From contig NC_091947.1 in assembly GCF_041260155.1 (NCBI RefSeq), positions 31,770,780 through 31,834,779 on the forward strand: 64,000 nt of DNA, in the 5' to 3' direction. The DNA is from Ptychodera flava (Eukaryota). Below, piece by piece: positions 59,618 through 64,000 of the stretch (positions are counted from its first letter, which is position 1; each line of letters starts with the position of its first letter). Made by a program: the position numbers and the translations under genes. The notes under the pieces were generated by a model, which saw only the letters and a list, made by a program, of their open reading frames with translations, ran no database searches and was not told the DNA's origin.

Positions 59618-61338
59618 TGGTTCAAACTAAGATCTTCAACTTAGTCAGTGAAGTGGAACTTGAGACTCTCTTCACTGGCTGTACGTCTGTAGTACGCGTC
59701 TCGATTCAAATTCATTCTGTATCCTCACAGCTAAAGGAGTAGAGAACAGCCTGTCTTTCAAGAATTATTGCAAGTTGGACATTTGCCGACCACTCTTCGC
59801 GTTTTCAACTAAATAAAAACACAACTACGGATCTGACGAATACTGGTGAAAGTGACACTTTTCCACCGTATATTATCGTCATATTAGTGTTGGCCTCAAA
59901 AGTCCCGGAGTCATTGCCATAAAAATAAACACACTGTCACACACTGGTATCATACATATGTGAAATGACAATAAGTTCCCCCTCCCCCCCAAAAAAGATT
60001 GTTTCTTGTCATCGAGCGCGTCATTTCAGAACCTGCGCGTTATGTCTCTTTTTGGTTACGTACTCATCAGTACAGCTATCCTTGATATCCCCGTTGCATA
60101 TCAAAAATGTTAAAAAGAAAACGGAAGTATTATGCAGTCAGTGATAAAAGACAATAACTGTAGCATCAATAGTGCCTAACCAGCATTGCTATGTAAAAAA
60201 AAGAAAGAAAAAAAGAAAAAAACCGTCTCGCCGCATCAGTTTTGCTGAATGTCAAGGACCAGAACCAATTTATTTGGCCTAATATTGAGTACAATAATAT
60301 TCGATAACATATAGATATCATTTACTGCAACGTCCATTGGGCGAATTGTGTTGTCATAATGCCATAAATCGACGCCATCGTCACACGTTTGCCAAGACGA
60401 TCACGGCCAGACAGAGTGCTCTACATGCTAAACGGCTCGCCGACCGGACAGGACCGGACGCGTGGCAGATTATGCCATCGTGTGTACTCGATGATAACAT
60501 TAATTATATCATTGAAAAGTGATATTTTACGTGATTTTATACATGTATCTTCCTGTTTTTATAAAACTAACAAGCAACCTGCAAGTATGTTGACCAAAGG
60601 CCAAAGCAACTGATGTAAAACAAAAGAATGTTTTTACGTTGTTGTTTTTATCCCATGGAAACCGCATTCCGATGTTGAATATGTATAATGTAGTCAAACA
60701 TTTACCCCCGCGCGTTCGTTTGCAATTTCGCAACGATGAATGGCGTTGTGCATAAATTGTGCATAAACTGCGATTTTACATTTGTGATGCTCCAGGGTTG
60801 CCGTTGCGTTCAATGGCTCTAGCTCTAGATGAACGTCAAGTGTTTCAACGTCAGATAATCAGCCGCTCCAAGGACATGTAGTCATTGTTGAGTGCAAAGA
60901 AGTCCTTCCGCCACGAATTTACATTGAATTTTTGTATTATAATGGCTAGGGATTTAGTTTCACTTTTTAAACGCTATATTAGAAATTTTTCACTGAAGTG
61001 GTAAAGTGACTGGTTGGGAAATCTGTAGGTGTGGAACTCATAACCCTATTACAGTAAGGCTAGCACCGAACAGCAATTAAACGGTTATGGGAAAATACGA
61101 GAGAGTTGAACAAGGCCACCTGTAACTGTCATAACCTGGCTTGGATCATTGACAGTAGAAGCGCATTAGTTGTGCGGTATATCTGTAAATTTAGAACGAT
61201 GACAACGAAATAAGCTTATTCAACCATTATCTCACTTCTACCGCCTATGCATATGACCTACCTACCACTGAAGATAAATTCAGTCATAGTCGGTTAAAGT
61301 TCTATACACGGCGAAGGCCGCCTTTCAGTGGCCTTCGA

Positions 61339-61431
61339 AGCCCTGTTTACGATGCTGTGTGTTCACGGCGATGTATGGCCTGTGGTGGGAGGCCGTACAA
61401 CGCCCGGAACACACAGCATCGCACCAAGGGC
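61339..61431. mobile_element. Hairpin MITE family, fifth copy
   Basis: AGCCCTGTTTACGATGCTGTGTGTTCACGGCG...CGCCCGGAACACACAGCATCGCACCAAGGGC. Same TIR family as 12945-13045 and 17882-17976. Several mismatches indicate an older copy. Confidence 0.55.
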
Positions 61432-62213
61432 CCACAAGCGACGTTGAGTTTAGTTACATCACAGCTGGCTGGACAAACCACAGGTATGGAAACGTGTTGC
61501 ATGCAAAACATCTGGAACAAATGCGGCCCCTCTGAAGTTGGAGGCTGGCAACCAACACAACGATATGTATGATACATTACCTTGGTTTCAACAACGGTGG
61601 CCATGATTGACAAGATAGAATAGCACTCCTAGTCTTTAAGAGTAGTTTCTGATAACTACTACGGGTTAACAAGACTTTTATAGTCTGACAAAACGAAAGA
61701 GGTAGGCTGCTGACGCCGCTAATTGGATGACAGAGGAAAACCCTAGTCATGCCATGGTACTACCTAGGCACGTGGAAAATATTCGCAAACTTACCAACCG
61801 GTATCCCACGGCGGTGGCCTTGAGGGCGAACGTTTCAACTTGTAGGGGAGGGCCCGTAGAATTTTGGAACAGAACATTCTTCTGCCATGATAAAAATTTG
61901 CTAGCTCTGTCTACGGGTACAAAAATGTATTATTTCGAACCTGTCTACGGGTACAAATGTATTATTTCGAACCTTTTCCGTGATTTCCCTATCACTTCAC
62001 TAATTTAGTACATCCTATCTTTTCAAGACTGATCGAGGCCTTCCCGGGAACATTAAAAAATCTTAAATATTTATAATTTTTTTTCTTGACAAGCAGTTTA
62101 TCTTTCTAAATTTTCGATCCTCCATTAAAAATATTCACTACAACCTTATTTCCCTGCGCCGTGAAATTATGTCGTCAGAAAAGGCAAAATACGATATTTG
62201 AACATCAACGCAC

Positions 62214-62556
62214 TGATATGAAGTTTTTCTGGTATGTTCAATATGTACTGATATGAAGTTTTTCTGGTATGTTCAATATGTACCGATATGAAGTTTTTCT
62301 GGTATGTTCAATATGTACTGATATGAAGTTTTTCTGGTATGTTCAATATGTACTGATATGAAGTTTTTCTGGTATGTTCAATATGTACTGATATGAAGTT
62401 TTTCTGGTATGTTCAATATGAAGTTTTTCTTGTATGTTCAATATGTACTGATATGAAGTTTTTCTGGTATGTTCAATATGTACTGATATGAAGTTTTTCT
62501 TGTATGTTCAATATGTACTGATATGATGTTTTTCTGTATGTTCAATATCTGAAAAG
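62214..62556. repeat. Minisatellite, 35-bp unit repeated about 10 times
   Basis: The unit TGATATGAAGTTTTTCTGGTATGTTCAATATGTAC is repeated head to tail with point variants (C/T, GG/TG) and one truncated unit. Confidence 0.85.
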
Positions 62557-64000
62557 TCAGTCCCAGAGTCAAAGCAAACATGCACATTTCGTGTGATATG
62601 GTTTGAACTATTTGATACATTTAGGGGTCTGGAAGATTGAATTGGAACATTACTTTTTCTCCCTGCTTTACTTGGAATTTTTTCAACCGTGCCAATTCCA
62701 ATCCTGATCTGGCAACTTTTCTTTTCACCTTACCTCCCAGAGGAATCTTTTTAGTCGCGTGCATGCACGCAAAAAAAAATACCAGAATAATTGTTCTCTT
62801 TGTTGGGATTTTTTTCTTTACAAAACTTTACACTGTTATTGACAAGCTATGGTAAGCTTGGCCCATATAATTGTAACGACAATGAACAGCCGATATCCAG
62901 TGCAGGCTATGTTGACAAGCTGAATTGAGTATTCAAGTATGTTTTAGGGAGAATCTGAAGCAGAAGCAAATCAAATAAAGAATACTACTAAATGAGTCCA
63001 ACTGAACAAAATGTGTACATGAAAAACAAAAGGAATAGTATGAGTTAAAATATTAATCATAAGAGGGCGTGAAGATCTGATGAAAAAGCATGAAGTCTGC
63101 TTAAAATGGTACGCCAGAGGACGCTGAATATGAAAAGTAACTGCCGGTGCATAATTAAGCTTATGTTTTCAAGTCTATTTGCAATCTTTTTTATTTGATT
63201 TTTATTTTACTGCCATCCTTGGCTGGATTTTGTTTTCAGAGGTATTACCTCTTGGAATCTCCCCCAAAATCATGAAGACGCCCCCCCCGACATTAAATGG
63301 TCCCCCCTAAAGCGGTGGTCTAGGTACCTATTTCAAATGAGTTACAAAAATGACTGACATACGGGGCCCTTGTTTGTCATGACTCACTTTCACTTGTCAG
63401 GACGACGCGGAAGCGAATCGATTAATTACGTAATGTCTAAATTAAGGCAGGTAGAATCATGTCGTCAGTCATAAACTATTTGCCAACGTTGGCAATATTG
63501 ACCTGATCGTTACAGACGTCGTGACTGCGCCCCGGACAGCCAATTTGCAATATACCCAGCGATATCATGTGCCACACACACAATTAGCTCATTAATTAGC
63601 GAAACATTTGGTCAGATGTGAAGTGTGTCTCTCTTGCTGTTATCAGCGCGACCATTTCCTGTGTCAAAAGTTGTGAAATGTAAACACATCTCCTGGTACA
63701 AATCATTTCTTTCAGGGGGTGGCTGCTCACGGTAATAACTTCGAAGTGGTAAGAATAACACAAAATTTTACATAAAATACAACACTGCTAATAAAGTATT
63801 TCTTTTCTACAAATACCGTTTCTTTTCATTTTTATAAGACCAAAGTATTGTAAGATTGAAATGCTATACGCGTTTCGTTAGCTCCCAAACCTCCTGCATT
63901 ATGGTTTCTTCCAAACGAGAAATCCACTAAGCGGTCGTCAGAATTCGTGGCGGTAAAAGTTGAGTTGAAAAACTTTCGCCTTTCTGTTCGGCATCATCCG

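Noticed and set aside
63712-63744. Possible + strand exon tttcag|GGGGTGGCTGCTCACGGTAATAACTTCGAAGTG|gtaaga
   Set aside because: It has good splice-site context, but the 11-aa peptide GVAAHGNNFEV cannot be assigned to any family, and no neighbouring exons were found before the window ends.
1-64000. A prokaryotic-style novel system such as a defence island, operon or CRISPR array
   Set aside because: The sequence is eukaryotic. All recognisable genes are split by GT-AG introns of 0.3-2.9 kb. Coding exons are 36-737 nt. Gene products (YKT6, BUB3, MVP, ENPP, thioredoxin) are metazoan housekeeping proteins. No Shine-Dalgarno-linked contiguous ORFs, CRISPR repeats or operon structure exist.

Overview
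This is not a prokaryotic locus. It is a eukaryotic, metazoan-type nuclear segment of roughly 40% GC. Every gene is split by canonical GT-AG spliceosomal introns, and coding density is low. Several of the supplied ORFs begin at GTG or TTG codons, so the track was evidently computed with a bacterial start-codon set.

I recognise five protein-coding genes by exon-by-exon homology:
- YKT6 R-SNARE: + strand, 3' six exons at 499-4401; the 5' exons lie upstream of the window.
- BUB3 mitotic checkpoint WD40 protein: - strand, complete, six coding exons at 15988-20208.
- MVP, major vault protein: + strand, 26 coding exons at 21301-42703, predicted about 860 aa. Exon 21 carries one apparent +1 frameshift.
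- ENPP4/5-like ectonucleotide pyrophosphatase/phosphodiesterase with a single catalytic domain: - strand, three coding exons at 47088-52503, including one 737-bp exon.
- Thioredoxin: - strand, four exons at 57434-59529.

BUB3 and MVP are arranged head to head, with their ATGs about 1.1 kb apart. That spacer is a putative bidirectional promoter.

The rest of the window is dominated by non-autonomous DNA transposons. The recognisable mobile elements are:
- a 4.3-kb composite TIR element at 9271-13551 that contains nested hairpin and Tourist-like elements;
- an hAT-like element with an 8-bp TSD and Ac-like CAGGG termini in the last BUB3 intron;
- Tourist/PIF-like elements with 3-bp TTA/ATA target-site duplications;
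- a recurring roughly 100-bp hairpin MITE family at five loci, one of which has a 10-bp TSD.

Other repeats include three foldback elements, a dispersed roughly 300-bp repeat in two MVP introns, a pair of MITEs bracketing the ENPP gene, a 35-bp x10 minisatellite, and GC-rich palindromic clusters.

I could not recognise any tRNA, rRNA or snRNA gene, CRISPR array or prokaryotic-style system. The most interesting signals are the MVP frameshift and the structure and abundance of the MITE families. Exon boundaries were worked out by hand and may be off by a few nucleotides.
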